A stretch of 64,000 bases of DNA from Phenylobacterium sp. (GCF_035944335.1 NZ_DASZBG010000012.1:8612-72611); one strand, 5' to 3'; positions 25,388 to 35,382 are shown, counted from the stretch's first letter. Notes: generated by a model not told the origin, from the letters alone. Translations and numbers: made by a program.

Positions 25388-26803
25388 ATGACGCGCCAAG
25401 ACGTCCCTCCGCCCTCCCACCCGAGCCGGCTGGAACTCGCCCTGCAGGCCGCGGGCTTGGGCGAGTTCGAGTGGGACGTGGCGCGCGACCTGCTCATCAT
25501 CAGCCCGCGGATGGCGGCCATCGCCGGCCTGCCGGCGGGCAAGCGGGCGGCGGAACGCGGCGCGGCGCTGGACCGCTTCGTGCATCCGGACGATCTCGAG
25601 CGGGTCCGCAGCTCGCGCGCCGCGAACCTGGCCTCGGGCGACACCTTCGAGGTGGAGTACCGCCATATCCGGCCGGACGACCAGCGCACCGTACATATGC
25701 GCATCGCCGGGATCATGGCGCGCGACGCCAAGGGACGCCCCACGGGCCTGACCGGCATCGTCGAGGACATCACCGCCCGCCAGGTCGAAGACGACGGGCG
25801 CCAGGCGCTGATGGCCGAACTGGACCATCGGGTGAAGAACGTGCTGGCCGCCGTTCAGACGCTCGCCGTCCAGACGGCCAAACAGACCACCTCCCTCGAC
25901 GCCTTCCTGGCCAATTTCGGCGGCCGGTTGAAGGCCATGGCGAGCGCCAACGAGCTGCTCACCGCCGCCCGCTGGCGCGGGGCCGCCATCGATCATCTGG
26001 CCGCCGCCGAGCTCGGGGCCATCGCGCCTGGCCAGACCCGCTGGGACGGGCCGGAGCTGTTCCTGACGCCGCGGGCGGCCAATGCGCTCGCCCTGGCGCT
26101 GCACGAGCTCTCCGCCAACGCGGTGAGGCATGGCGCGCTCTCGGTGGAGAGCGGCCGGGTGGACCTGCGCTGGACGCAGCTGCCGGATGGCGGCTTCGAG
26201 CTGATCTGGTCGGAGAGCGGCGGTCCGCGGACCAGCACCCCGACGCGGCGTGGCTTCGGCGCGACCCTGCTGGGCCAGGTGACCGGACGCGAGCTGAACG
26301 GCGAGACCTCCGTCGAGTACCGGCCCTCCGGCCTGCGCGCGACCCTGACGGCCGGCGCGGCTGCGCTCGCGCCGCGTCCCGACGACCTACCCGAAGCGCC
26401 GGCCCCGCGGCCCGTCGAGGCGACGCCCGTCGCCAACCGGGCCTTGAGCCTGAAGGGCGCGCGGATCCTTATCGTCGAGGATGCGGTGCTGCTGGCGCTG
26501 GAGCTGGAGACCGGACTCTCGGAAGCCGGCGCCGAGGTGATCGGTCCGGCCTATGAGCTGGAGGAGGCCATGGCGCTGCTCGATCGGCCGATCGACGCGG
26601 CGGTGCTCGACGCCAACCTCAACGGCCGCTCGGTGATGCCGGTGGCCGAGGCCCTGGCGGCCCGCCACGTGCCCTTCGTCTTCGCCACCGGCTATGGCGA
26701 GGCCGGCGGCGCGCCGGGCGGCTTCGACGCGCCGGTCATCCGCAAGCCTTACGACGTCACCCAGGTCGCCGACGCCGTCGCCGAGCTGCTTGCGGCGCGC
26801 TGA
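25388..26803 (+). CDS. PAS - HWE histidine kinase - receiver hybrid protein
   Basis: The start is at MTRQDVPPPSH. It has a PAS domain (FEWDVARDLLIISPRMAAIAGL...VEYRHIRPDD), H-box LDHRVKNVLAAVQ, HELSANAVRHGA and GFGATLL, plus a C-terminal REC (ILIVEDA...VLDANLNG...IRKPY). Confidence 0.85.
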   Translation: MTRQDVPPPSHPSRLELALQAAGLGEFEWDVARDLLIISPRMAAIAGLPAGKRAAERGAALDRFVHPDDLERVRSSRAANLASGDTFEVEYRHIRPDDQRTVHMRIAGIMARDAKGRPTGLTGIVEDITARQVEDDGRQALMAELDHRVKNVLAAVQTLAVQTAKQTTSLDAFLANFGGRLKAMASANELLTAARWRGAAIDHLAAAELGAIAPGQTRWDGPELFLTPRAANALALALHELSANAVRHGALSVESGRVDLRWTQLPDGGFELIWSESGGPRTSTPTRRGFGATLLGQVTGRELNGETSVEYRPSGLRATLTAGAAALAPRPDDLPEAPAPRPVEATPVANRALSLKGARILIVEDAVLLALELETGLSEAGAEVIGPAYELEEAMALLDRPIDAAVLDANLNGRSVMPVAEALAARHVPFVFATGYGEAGGAPGGFDAPVIRKPYDVTQVADAVAELLAAR

Positions 26804-26970
26804 CCCTGAGGCGGCGTGCCGCTGAGACAAGGCGCCGCCTCGCGGCGCAGCAAGCGTAGCCCTATCAACGGGCGCATGGAGGACCTGCGGCCCAGCTGCA
26901 GGGGCGGGACCGGCCGCCGAGGGACATCGCCCGGTTCACGCGACCCCGCCTTCATACCAACACGCCGGCG

Positions 26971-28188
26971 TCAGATGACGCCCTTGGCCTTCAAGGCCGC
27001 GATCTTCTCGGGCGTGAAGCCCACGATCTCCCGCAACACCTCATCGGTATGCGCCCCCAGCGCCGGGCCCGGCCAGCGGACACGGCCCGGCGTGGCGGAG
27101 AGCTTCGGGAAGGCGTTCTGCATCTTCACCTGCCCGAACACCGGGTGGGGCACCTCGACGATCGCCTCGCGCGCCCGATATTGGGGGTCCTCCAGCATGT
27201 CCGGCGCGCGGAACACGCGGCTGGCCGGCACGCCGTGCGATTCGAGCAGCGCGAGCAGGTCTGGCAAGCTCTGGGGGCCGGTCCACCCGGCGATGATCTG
27301 ATCGAGCTCGGCCTGGTTCCGCCCGCGCGAGGCATGGTCGAGAAACTTCGGTTCGGACGTCAGCGCCGGCTGTCCCATGGCTTCGCAGAGCCTGGCGAAC
27401 ACCGTGTCGCCGTTGCCCCCGATCAGGATCAGCTCGCCGCCCGCGCACGGGTAGGCGTTGGAGGGCGCGATGCCCGGCAGGACCGAGCCGGAGCGCTCGC
27501 GGACATAGCCGGTCAGGTCGTATTCGGTGACCAGGTTCTCCATCACCGCCAGCACGCTCTCGAACAGGGCCGCGTCGATTACCTGACCCTTGCCCGTCCG
27601 CGCCCGCGAATGCAGCGCCATCAGCACGCCCATGACCGCGTGCATCGCCGCCAGACTGTCGCCGATGGAGATGCCGGCCCGCGCCGGCGGCCGGTCCGGC
27701 TCGCCGGTGACATAGCGCAAGCCCCCCATGGCCTCGCCGATCAGGCCGTAGCCGGCGCGCTGCGAATAGGGCCCGGTCTGGCCGAAGCCGGAGACCCGGG
27801 CCATCACCAGCCTGGGGTTCTCGGCGCTGAGGCGCTCATAGGAGAGGCCCCATTTCTCCAGGGCGCCCGGTCGGAAGTTCTCGACCACCACGTCGGCGGA
27901 ACGGATCAGGGCGCGCGCGATCTCCTGGCCCTGCGGCGTACGCAGGTCGAGGCCCACCGACTTCTTGTTGCGGCCGATCACCGGCCACCAGGGCGACAGG
28001 CCCTTGGGCAGGCTGCGGCCCCATTGGCGCATCGGATCGCCCACCTTGGGGTCCTCCAGCTTGATCACCTCGGCGCCGAAGTCGCCCAGGATCTGGCCGC
28101 AGAAGGGACCGGCGATCAGGGTCCCCATCTCGATCACCCGAAGGTCGGCGAGCGGGCCTTGCGCGGTAGGGGTGTCGGCGTCGGTCAT
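26971..28188 (-). CDS. CaiB/BaiF family (class III) CoA-transferase
   Basis: LADLRVIEMGTLIAGPFCGQILGDFGAEVIKLE... is typical of the family. 405 aa. Confidence 0.9.
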   Translation of the reverse strand: MTDADTPTAQGPLADLRVIEMGTLIAGPFCGQILGDFGAEVIKLEDPKVGDPMRQWGRSLPKGLSPWWPVIGRNKKSVGLDLRTPQGQEIARALIRSADVVVENFRPGALEKWGLSYERLSAENPRLVMARVSGFGQTGPYSQRAGYGLIGEAMGGLRYVTGEPDRPPARAGISIGDSLAAMHAVMGVLMALHSRARTGKGQVIDAALFESVLAVMENLVTEYDLTGYVRERSGSVLPGIAPSNAYPCAGGELILIGGNGDTVFARLCEAMGQPALTSEPKFLDHASRGRNQAELDQIIAGWTGPQSLPDLLALLESHGVPASRVFRAPDMLEDPQYRAREAIVEVPHPVFGQVKMQNAFPKLSATPGRVRWPGPALGAHTDEVLREIVGFTPEKIAALKAKGVI

Positions 28189-28276
28189 GGGGCCAGGAGC
28201 CGCGCGGCGGGCCCCTTGTCAACGCCCCGGCAGCGCTGGCTTCCCATCATCCCGCCGGAGCGCTAAGTCGCTGGTC

Positions 28277-28957
28277 ATGGCTTCCTACGTCTTCGATCCG
28301 CCCGCCCAGGTCTCCGCCCCCATCGAGGGCGAAGACGCCCGCTTCCCGGTGCGCCGCATCCTCTGCGTCGGCCGTAACTACGCCGCCCACCGCCGCGAGA
28401 TGGGCGGCGACGACCGCGACCCGCCGTTCTTCTTCGCCAAGCCCGCCGACGCCCTGGTGGCGCCGGGCGCCGACGTCGCCTATCCGCAAGCGACGGCGAA
28501 CCTGCACCACGAGATCGAGCTGATCGTCGCGATCGGTAAGGGCGGCGCGGACGTGGCCGTCGACCAGGCGCTCGACATGATCTTCGGCTACGCGGTCGGC
28601 GTCGACCTGACCCGACGCGACCTGCAGGCCGCCGCCCGCGAGAAGATGCAGCCGTGGGAAGCCGCCAAGGGCTTCGACCAGTCCGCGCCCATGTCGCCGG
28701 TCCGCCGCTGGGCCGGTTCCCCGCCGCAGGGCCGCATCGCCATCTCGGTGAACGGCCAGGTGAAGCAGGAGGCCGTCGTCGCCGACATGATCTGGAACGT
28801 TCCGGAGATCGTCTCCGAGGCCTCGAAGCTGTGGCGCCTGGCGCCGGGCGACCTAATCTTCACCGGCACGCCGGAAGGGGTCGGTCCGCTGGTCCGCGGC
28901 GACGCCGTCACGGGCGAAGTCGAGGGCGTGGGCAAGCTCGCCTTCAGGGTCGTCTGA
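28277..28957 (+). CDS. Fumarylacetoacetate hydrolase-family protein (fumarylpyruvate/FAA hydrolase type)
   Basis: The start is at MASYVFDPP. Motifs are ILCVGRNYAAH, FFFAKP, HHEIELIVAIGK and PGDLIFTGTPEGVG. Confidence 0.85.
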   Translation: MASYVFDPPAQVSAPIEGEDARFPVRRILCVGRNYAAHRREMGGDDRDPPFFFAKPADALVAPGADVAYPQATANLHHEIELIVAIGKGGADVAVDQALDMIFGYAVGVDLTRRDLQAAAREKMQPWEAAKGFDQSAPMSPVRRWAGSPPQGRIAISVNGQVKQEAVVADMIWNVPEIVSEASKLWRLAPGDLIFTGTPEGVGPLVRGDAVTGEVEGVGKLAFRVV

Positions 28958-29598
28958 TGGCTTACACCCTCTACTCCGCCTGGCGCGCCACGGCGCCCTA
29001 CCGCGTGCGCATCGGCCTGGCGCTGAAGGGCGTCGGCTACGACTATGTGGCGCTGGACCTGATCAAGGGCGACCAGCGCGAGCCCGAATATCGCGCGGTC
29101 AATCCGCAGGGCCTGACGCCGGCGCTGGACATCGGCGGCCATGTGCTGACCCAGAGCCTGGCGATCCTTGAGTGGCTGGAAGAGACCCGGCCGGAGCCCG
29201 CGATCCTGCCGAAGGCCGCGCTGGACCGGGCCGTGGTGCGCGCGATGGCCGATATCGTGGCCTGTGACATCCACCCGCTGAACAACACCCGCGTGGGCCG
29301 CGAGCTGCACAAGCGCGGCATCGACCCGGAGGGCATCCTCGCCTGGACCCAGCGGTGGATCAAAGACGGCTTCGATACGCTCGAACCCATGGTGGCGAAG
29401 CATGGCAAGGGCTTCGCTTTCGGCGAACAACCGACCATCGCTGACTGCTGCCTCATCCCCCAGATCTATTCGGCCAACCGCTATGAGGTGGACCTTGCGC
29501 CCTATCCGGCGATCGGGGCGGTCGCAGAGCGGGCGGCCGAGCATCCCGCCTTCCAGAGCGCCCATCCGAACAACCAGCCGGACGCCAAGCCCGCGTGA
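28957..29598 (+). CDS. maiA: Maleylacetoacetate / maleylpyruvate isomerase (zeta-class GST)
   Basis: MAYTLYSAWRATAPYRVRIGLALKG...NPQGLTPAL...TQSLAILEWLEE. The start overlaps the FAH stop (TGATG). Confidence 0.85.
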   Translation: MAYTLYSAWRATAPYRVRIGLALKGVGYDYVALDLIKGDQREPEYRAVNPQGLTPALDIGGHVLTQSLAILEWLEETRPEPAILPKAALDRAVVRAMADIVACDIHPLNNTRVGRELHKRGIDPEGILAWTQRWIKDGFDTLEPMVAKHGKGFAFGEQPTIADCCLIPQIYSANRYEVDLAPYPAIGAVAERAAEHPAFQSAHPNNQPDAKPA

Positions 29599-29639
29599 GA
29601 GGGGTTGTGGCGCGGGCGCGGGCGCTCTAGAGCGCGCCC

Positions 29640-30260
29640 ATGCTCGAAGACCTTAAGGACAACAACCGAGCCTGGGCCGAACGCAAGACGGCCGGCGATC
29701 CGGGCTTTTTCAAGCGGCTGGTGGGCCAGCAGGCGCCGCAATACTTCTGGATCGGCTGCTCCGACAGCCGCGTGCCGGCCAACGAGATCGTCGGCCTCGA
29801 TCCCGGCGAGATGTTCGTCCACCGCAACGTCGCCAACCTCGCCCCGCCGCAGGACGCCAACTATCTCAGCGTGCTGCAGTTCGCCGTCGACGTGATCAAG
29901 GTGAAGCACATCCTGGTGGTCGGCCACTATGGCTGCGGCGGCATCGCGGCGGCGGTCGACGGCCAGCGGCGTGGGTTGGTCGACCACTGGCTGCACCCGA
30001 TCCGCGAGGTGCATCACGAGCATCGCCACGAGCTCGACGCCATCCCTGAGGAGCGCGCCCGCCTCGACCGGCTCTGCGAGCTGAACGTGATCCGCCAGGT
30101 TCGCAACGTCGCCTCCGACGTCTTCGTCCAGGACGCCTGGGCGCGCGGCCAGAGCCTTTGCGTCCACGGCTGGGTCTATTCGATCGAGGACGGCCTTGTG
30201 AACGACCTCGGCATCGACGTCGGCGGCCCGGAAGCGCTGGCGGGTCTCGACGACGCCTAG
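29640..30260 (+). CDS. can: Beta-class carbonic anhydrase
   Basis: WIGCSDSRVP and VVGHYGCGG zinc-ligand motifs. 206 aa. Confidence 0.9.
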   Translation: MLEDLKDNNRAWAERKTAGDPGFFKRLVGQQAPQYFWIGCSDSRVPANEIVGLDPGEMFVHRNVANLAPPQDANYLSVLQFAVDVIKVKHILVVGHYGCGGIAAAVDGQRRGLVDHWLHPIREVHHEHRHELDAIPEERARLDRLCELNVIRQVRNVASDVFVQDAWARGQSLCVHGWVYSIEDGLVNDLGIDVGGPEALAGLDDA

Positions 30261-30323
30261 GAGCGACAGCCAGGAAAAGTGGGAACCGCTTTTCCGTCCG
30301 GATGCGCGACCGAGCAAAAAGGC

Positions 30324-31277
30324 CTACGCCAGTTTGATCTCGCGCAGCCGCTCCTGCAGGTACGCATCGGCGGTGATCGGGGTCGGGTAGCGGTCCGGGT
30401 GCTGGGCGTCGATGCAGCTCGGCAGGGTCTCGATCAGATAGTCCGAATTGAAGTGCAGGAAGAACGGCGTGGAGTAGCGCGGGAAGCCGCGGCGCTCCGG
30501 CGCCGGATTGACCACTCGGTGGGTCGTCGAGGGCAGTTTGTGGTTGGTCAGCCGCTGCAGCATGTCGCCGATATTGCAGACCAGCGAGCCCGGCGGCGGA
30601 TTGATCGGCAGCCAGCCGCCGTCCTTCTCGATGACCTCCAGCCCGGCTTCTTCGGCGCCGAGCAACAGGGTGATGACATTGATATCCTCGTGGGCGGCGG
30701 CGCGGATGTGCGGCCCGTCCTTCGGCACCGGCGGATAGTGCAGCAGGCGCAGGATCGAATTGCCCTCGTTCACCGTGGGATCGAAGAAGTGGCGGTCGAG
30801 GCCGAGCCAGACGGCGATCGCTTCCAGGACCTTCAGGCCCATCTCGTCGAGCGCGCCGAACAGCCAGCCGACGGTCTCGCGGAACTCCGCCACCTCGGCG
30901 TCGGGCCAGACATTGTCCGGCATGTGGTCGCGATAGCGGTGGCCGGCCGGCAGGTCGCGGCCCACGTGCCAGAATTCCTTGAGGTCGTAGTGCGTCTCGC
31001 CCTTGGCGGTCTCGACGCCGAACGGCGTGTAGCCGCGCTGGCCGGAGACCGGCAGCTTGTACCTGCGCTTGGCGTCTTCCGGCAGGGCGAAGAACCGCTT
31101 CGCGGCCTCGTTGGCGGCGTCGATCTTCGCCTGCGCGATGCCGTGGTCGGAGATCACCGCAAAGCCGTACCGGGCGAACGAGTCGCCCAGGGCCTTGGAA
31201 AACCCGGAGAAGTCGCGGCTGAAGCCGGTGAAGGATACGGGGGCGATGGTGCGCGGCAGGGTCGGGGCTTGGCTCAT
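30324..31277 (-). CDS. 2-oxoglutarate/Fe(II)-dependent oxygenase (isopenicillin-N-synthase family)
   Basis: The start is at MSQAPTLPR. It carries the HxD...H facial triad (AAHEDINVITLL ... STTHRV). Confidence 0.85.
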   Translation of the reverse strand: MSQAPTLPRTIAPVSFTGFSRDFSGFSKALGDSFARYGFAVISDHGIAQAKIDAANEAAKRFFALPEDAKRRYKLPVSGQRGYTPFGVETAKGETHYDLKEFWHVGRDLPAGHRYRDHMPDNVWPDAEVAEFRETVGWLFGALDEMGLKVLEAIAVWLGLDRHFFDPTVNEGNSILRLLHYPPVPKDGPHIRAAAHEDINVITLLLGAEEAGLEVIEKDGGWLPINPPPGSLVCNIGDMLQRLTNHKLPSTTHRVVNPAPERRGFPRYSTPFFLHFNSDYLIETLPSCIDAQHPDRYPTPITADAYLQERLREIKLA

Positions 31278-31403
31278 GAACTCATTTCTACACCCGGAAA
31301 CCGAGCGCCTCCAACCGCCTGGAATCCGGGCGTTCGGCCCCCGTCGCCGCCTTTTCACGCAAGACCCGTTCTCAAATCCAGGCCCGCGGCTTAAAGAGCG
31401 CCC

Positions 31404-32120
31404 ATGGCGAACAAGCTGCAAAAGACCGCCGACGAGGCCCTGGCCGGCCTGTTGTTCGACGGCATGACCATCATGGCCGGAGGCTTCGGCCTCTGCGGTA
31501 TCCCGGAGAACCTGATCGCGGCGATCCGCGCCTCAGGCGTCAAGGACCTGACCGTGGTCTCCAACAATTGCGGGGTCGACGATTTCGGCCTCGGCATCCT
31601 GCTGGCCGGCGGCCAGATCAAAAAGATGATCTCCAGCTACGTGGGCGAGAACAAGCTGTTCGAGCAGCTCTATCTGTCGGGGGCGCTGGAGCTGGAGTTC
31701 AATCCGCAGGGCACGCTGGCCGAACGCATCCGGGCGGGCGGGGCGGGCATCCCGGCCTTCTTCACCAAGACCGGCGTCGGCACCCTGGTGGCCGAGGGCA
31801 AGGAGGTCCGCGAGTTCGAGGGCGAGGCCTATGTCATGGAGCGCGGCCTGACGGCCGACCTTTCCATCGTCAAGGCCTGGAAAGGCGATGCGGCGGGCAA
31901 CCTCGTCTATCGGAAGACCGCGCGGAACTTCAATCCGATGATGGCCACCGCCGGCAAGGCGACGGTCGCCGAGGTCGAGGAGCTGGTCGAGGTGGGCTCG
32001 CTCGACCCCGACAACATCCACACCCCGGGCATCTACGTGGACCGCATCTTCGAAGGCGCGGTGTTCGAGAAGCGCATCGAGCGGGTCACCACCCGGCCGC
32101 GCGAGCAGGAGACCGCATAA
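31404..32120 (+). CDS. scoA: 3-oxoacid CoA-transferase subunit A
   Basis: [19 protein letters not shown]...[12 protein letters not shown]...ENKLFEQ...[24 protein letters not shown]. Confidence 0.9.
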   Translation: MANKLQKTADEALAGLLFDGMTIMAGGFGLCGIPENLIAAIRASGVKDLTVVSNNCGVDDFGLGILLAGGQIKKMISSYVGENKLFEQLYLSGALELEFNPQGTLAERIRAGGAGIPAFFTKTGVGTLVAEGKEVREFEGEAYVMERGLTADLSIVKAWKGDAAGNLVYRKTARNFNPMMATAGKATVAEVEELVEVGSLDPDNIHTPGIYVDRIFEGAVFEKRIERVTTRPREQETA

Positions 32121-32776
32121 TGGCCTGGACGCGTGAACAGATGGCCGCCCGCGCCGCGACCGAGCTGCGTGACGGCTTCTATGTGAACCTGGGCATCGGC
32201 ATCCCGACCCTGGTCGCCAACTACATCCCGCCCGGCGTCTCGGTGACCCTGCAGAGCGAGAACGGCATGCTGGGCATGGGCCCGTTCCCCTATGAGGGCG
32301 AGGCCGATCCAGACCTGATCAACGCCGGCAAGCAGACCATCACCGAGCTGGCGAGCTCATCCTATTTCTCATCCGCCGACAGCTTCGCCATGATCCGCGG
32401 CGGCCACATCGACCTTTCGATCCTGGGCGCCATGCAGGTGAGCCCCCAGGGCGACCTCGCCAACTGGATGGTGCCAGGCAAGATGGTCAAGGGCATGGGC
32501 GGGGCCATGGACCTGGTGGCCGGCGTCAAGCGCGTGGTGGTGGTCATGGAGCACACCGAGAAGTCCGGCGCGCCGAAGCTGGTTAACGCCTGCTCCCTGC
32601 CGCTCACCGGCCGCAGCGTCGTGGATCTGGTCGTCACCGACCTGGGCGTCTTCGAGGTCAATCGGGGCAAGTCGCCGCTCACACTCCTGGAGCTGGCGCC
32701 GGGCGTCACCCTCGAGGAGGTCAAGGCCAAGACCGAGCCGGGCTTCCAGGTGGCCAAGGCGCTGGCGCCCGTTTGA
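32120..32776 (+). CDS. scoB: 3-oxoacid CoA-transferase subunit B
   Basis: The start ATG overlaps the sco[18 protein letters not shown]...SENG (catalytic Glu region)...GGAMDLV. Confidence 0.9.
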   Translation: MAWTREQMAARAATELRDGFYVNLGIGIPTLVANYIPPGVSVTLQSENGMLGMGPFPYEGEADPDLINAGKQTITELASSSYFSSADSFAMIRGGHIDLSILGAMQVSPQGDLANWMVPGKMVKGMGGAMDLVAGVKRVVVVMEHTEKSGAPKLVNACSLPLTGRSVVDLVVTDLGVFEVNRGKSPLTLLELAPGVTLEEVKAKTEPGFQVAKALAPV

Positions 32777-32890
32777 GGCCGACGGCGACATAAAAAGAGC
32801 CGAATACCGGTGTAACCGGCTCGCTCCCGATCGCGAATTGGCCTCGAAGCCTGGCGATGGCAGGATCGCGGGCCCGAGGAGGCCAAGCCG

Positions 32891-33175
32891 ATGACCAAGA
32901 CCCAGACGACGCTCGCCGCCGCCGCGGTGCTCGCCCTGATGGCCGGCGCCGCGGCCGCCGCCGACGAGAAGACCGACGCCGCTCCGGCCGCCAAGGAGAA
33001 ATGCTTCGGCATCGCCAAGGCGGGCCAGAACGACTGCATGTCCGGGCCCGGCACCTCTTGCGCCGGCACCGCCAAGACCGACTACGACGGCAAGGCCTGG
33101 AAGGAGGTCCCGAAGGGGACCTGCGTCACCATCAAGACGCCGAAGGGCATGGGCTCGCTGACCCCGAAGGCCTGA
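32891..33175 (+). CDS. bufA: DUF2282-family exported 4-Cys precursor peptide (bufferin BufA1-like)
   Basis: A Sec signal ([24 protein letters not shown]) is followed by [58 protein letters not shown]. There are exactly four Cys. The symbol is tentative. Confidence 0.8.
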   Translation: MTKTQTTLAAAAVLALMAGAAAAADEKTDAAPAAKEKCFGIAKAGQNDCMSGPGTSCAGTAKTDYDGKAWKEVPKGTCVTIKTPKGMGSLTPKA

Positions 33176-33185
33176 TGAGACGCCC

Positions 33186-34034
33186 ATGCGCCAGGGCCTG
33201 ACCGCCGGGCTGAGCCTGAAGCCGCCGCACGTCGCCGAGGCGCTGGCCGCGACAGCGCAGGGCCTGTGGTTCGAGGTCCACCCCGAGAACTACATGGCGG
33301 CCGGCGGGCCGCGGCTGGCGGGGCTGGCGGCGATCGCTGAACGCCATCCGATCTCGCTGCATGGCGTCGGCCTGTCCCTGGCCGGCGATGCGCCGCCCGA
33401 CGCCGCGCACCTGGCGGCGCTGAAGCGACTGGTGGACCGCTTCGATCCGGCCCTGGTGTCCGAGCACCTGGCCTGGTCGCGAAGCGCCGGGCGCTATCTG
33501 CCGGATCTGCTGCCGTTCCCGCGTACGGCGGAGGCGCTTGGCCGTATCGCCGAGAATGTCTCACGGTTTCAGGATGCGATCGGCCGCCCGGTGCTCATCG
33601 AGAACCCCGCGCTCTATCTGCCCCTGGCCGGCCATGAGCTGCCGGAGACCGAGTTCCTCGCCGAGCTGGTCCGCCGGACCGGCTGCGGCCTGCTGGTCGA
33701 CGTCAACAACGTCTTCGTCAGCGCGCACAATCTCGGCTACGCCGCCGAGGCCTATCTGCAGGCCCTGCCGGCCGAGGCGATCGGGGAGATCCACCTGGCC
33801 GGTCACACGGCCGACCCGCAGCTCGGCGGCGAGCTGTTGATCGACAGTCATGACGCGCCGGTCGCGGCCGCCGTCTGGCGCCTCTACGAGCGGCTGATCG
33901 GGCGGATCGGGCCGCGGCCGACGCTGATCGAGCGGGACGACAACCTGCCGGCGTTCGCCGAGCTGATGGCCGAGCGCGCGCGGGCCCAGGCCATACTGGT
34001 CCGCGCCGCCGCACCGGTGGTCGAACATGTCTGA
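33186..34034 (+). CDS. bufB: DUF692 / MNIO-family (multinuclear non-haem iron oxidase, MbnB-like) enzyme
   Basis: GLSLKPPH...WFEVHPENY...SLHGVGLSL...VSEHLAW...IENP...VDVNNVFVSAHN...IHLAGH...IERD. It lies 10 nt after the precursor gene. Confidence 0.85.
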   Translation: MRQGLTAGLSLKPPHVAEALAATAQGLWFEVHPENYMAAGGPRLAGLAAIAERHPISLHGVGLSLAGDAPPDAAHLAALKRLVDRFDPALVSEHLAWSRSAGRYLPDLLPFPRTAEALGRIAENVSRFQDAIGRPVLIENPALYLPLAGHELPETEFLAELVRRTGCGLLVDVNNVFVSAHNLGYAAEAYLQALPAEAIGEIHLAGHTADPQLGGELLIDSHDAPVAAAVWRLYERLIGRIGPRPTLIERDDNLPAFAELMAERARAQAILVRAAAPVVEHV

Positions 34035-34791
34035 CCTCGCCCGCTTCCAGACCGCTTTCGCCGAGGCCCTCAGCGGCGATGTCGCCGGCCTCGCGCCCTG
34101 GATCGCGCCGGAGGCTGCGCCGCGCTTCGCGGTCTATCGCAACACGGTCGCCAAGGGCTGCGCGGACGCCGTCGCCGCGCAGTTCCCGACGCTCGCGAGC
34201 GTGGTGGGCGAGCCCTGGCTGCGCGCCGCCGCGGCGCTGTTCGCCCGCGCTCATCCGCCGCTCAGCGCCAGTCTGGCGGACTACGGCGAGGGCTTCCCGG
34301 CCTGGCTGGCGGCCTTCCCGCCGGCCGCGGACATGCCGTGGCTCGCGGGCCTCGCCCGCATCGACTGGGCGCGCGGCGAGGCGCTGTTCGCCCGCGACCT
34401 GCCGCCGCTGCGCGCCGAGGCGGTCGCGGCGCTGCCGGCCGACGCCTACGTCGGCCTGGCCGCTGAGCTGCACCCGGCGGCGCGCGTCCTGCGCTTTGCC
34501 GACGGGGCTCCCAGCCTGTGGCGCGCCCTGCAGGGCGACGATCCGCCGGCCGATGTCGAGCTCTCGCCGGAGCCGGAGGGGTTGCTCCTCACGCGCCCGG
34601 ACTTGGAGGTCCGCACCGAGCTCTTGAGTCCCGGCGGTCTCGGCTTCCTGGACGCCTGCCGCGCCGGGCTGAGCCTGGCGGCGGCCGGCGAGGCCGCGCT
34701 CGAAGCCCAATCGGACCTGAGGCTCGCCGACACCTTCGCCGCCTTCATCGCCGCCGGCGCCTTCGCGCGCCTCGTTCCCATCGTCATGTGA
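34027..34791 (+). CDS. bufC: DUF2063-family partner protein (MbnC/BufC-like)
   Basis: MSDLARFQTAFAEALSGD...FAVYRNTVAKGCADAVAAQFP is a typical DUF2063 N-terminus. There is an 8-nt overlap with the DUF692 gene. Confidence 0.8.
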   Translation: MSDLARFQTAFAEALSGDVAGLAPWIAPEAAPRFAVYRNTVAKGCADAVAAQFPTLASVVGEPWLRAAAALFARAHPPLSASLADYGEGFPAWLAAFPPAADMPWLAGLARIDWARGEALFARDLPPLRAEAVAALPADAYVGLAAELHPAARVLRFADGAPSLWRALQGDDPPADVELSPEPEGLLLTRPDLEVRTELLSPGGLGFLDACRAGLSLAAAGEAALEAQSDLRLADTFAAFIAAGAFARLVPIVM

Positions 34792-34803
34792 GATACTGAT
34801 CCC

Positions 34804-35382
34804 ATGAACACTCGCCTCTTCGCGGCCATCGCGGCCGCCGCCATCTTCTCCGCCCAGGCCGCGCCCGCGGCGCAGGCGCTGAAAACCGCCGTCTTCGCCG
34901 GCGGCTGCTTCTGGTCGGCCCAGCACGACATCGAGCACACGCCGGGCGTGGTGAAGGTCGCGGTCGGCTATGCGGGCGGCACGCGGCCCGGCCCGAACTA
35001 CGAGAACCACGAGGGCTATCTGGAATCGATCCAGGTCACCTACGACCCGGCCAAGATCAGCTATCCCAAGCTGGTGGACGCCTTCTTCCACCACATCGAC
35101 CCGACCGACCCCGACGGCCAGATCTGCGACCGCGGGCCTACCTATCGCACCGCGGTGTTCGCCGCCGACCCCGCCGAACGCCAGGCCGCCGAACAGGTGA
35201 AGGCCCAGATCGGCAAGGAACTGCGCCATTCGATCGCCACCGAGATCCGCCCCGCCGCCCGTTTCTGGATGGGCGAGGACTACCATCAGGACTACGCGCG
35301 CAAGAACCCGGGCGCCTACAACGCCTACCGCGTCGGCTGCGGGCGCGACGCTACCTTGAGGGTGGTCTGGGGCGGCCGGTGA
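34804..35382 (+). CDS. msrA: Peptide-methionine (S)-S-oxide reductase MsrA with N-terminal signal peptide (exported)
   Basis: Signal MNTRLFAAIAAAAIFSAQAAPAAQA, then the catalytic motif FAGGCFWS, GY.E...V.YDP and DYHQDY. It starts 12 nt after bufC. Confidence 0.85.
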   Translation: MNTRLFAAIAAAAIFSAQAAPAAQALKTAVFAGGCFWSAQHDIEHTPGVVKVAVGYAGGTRPGPNYENHEGYLESIQVTYDPAKISYPKLVDAFFHHIDPTDPDGQICDRGPTYRTAVFAADPAERQAAEQVKAQIGKELRHSIATEIRPAARFWMGEDYHQDYARKNPGAYNAYRVGCGRDATLRVVWGGR

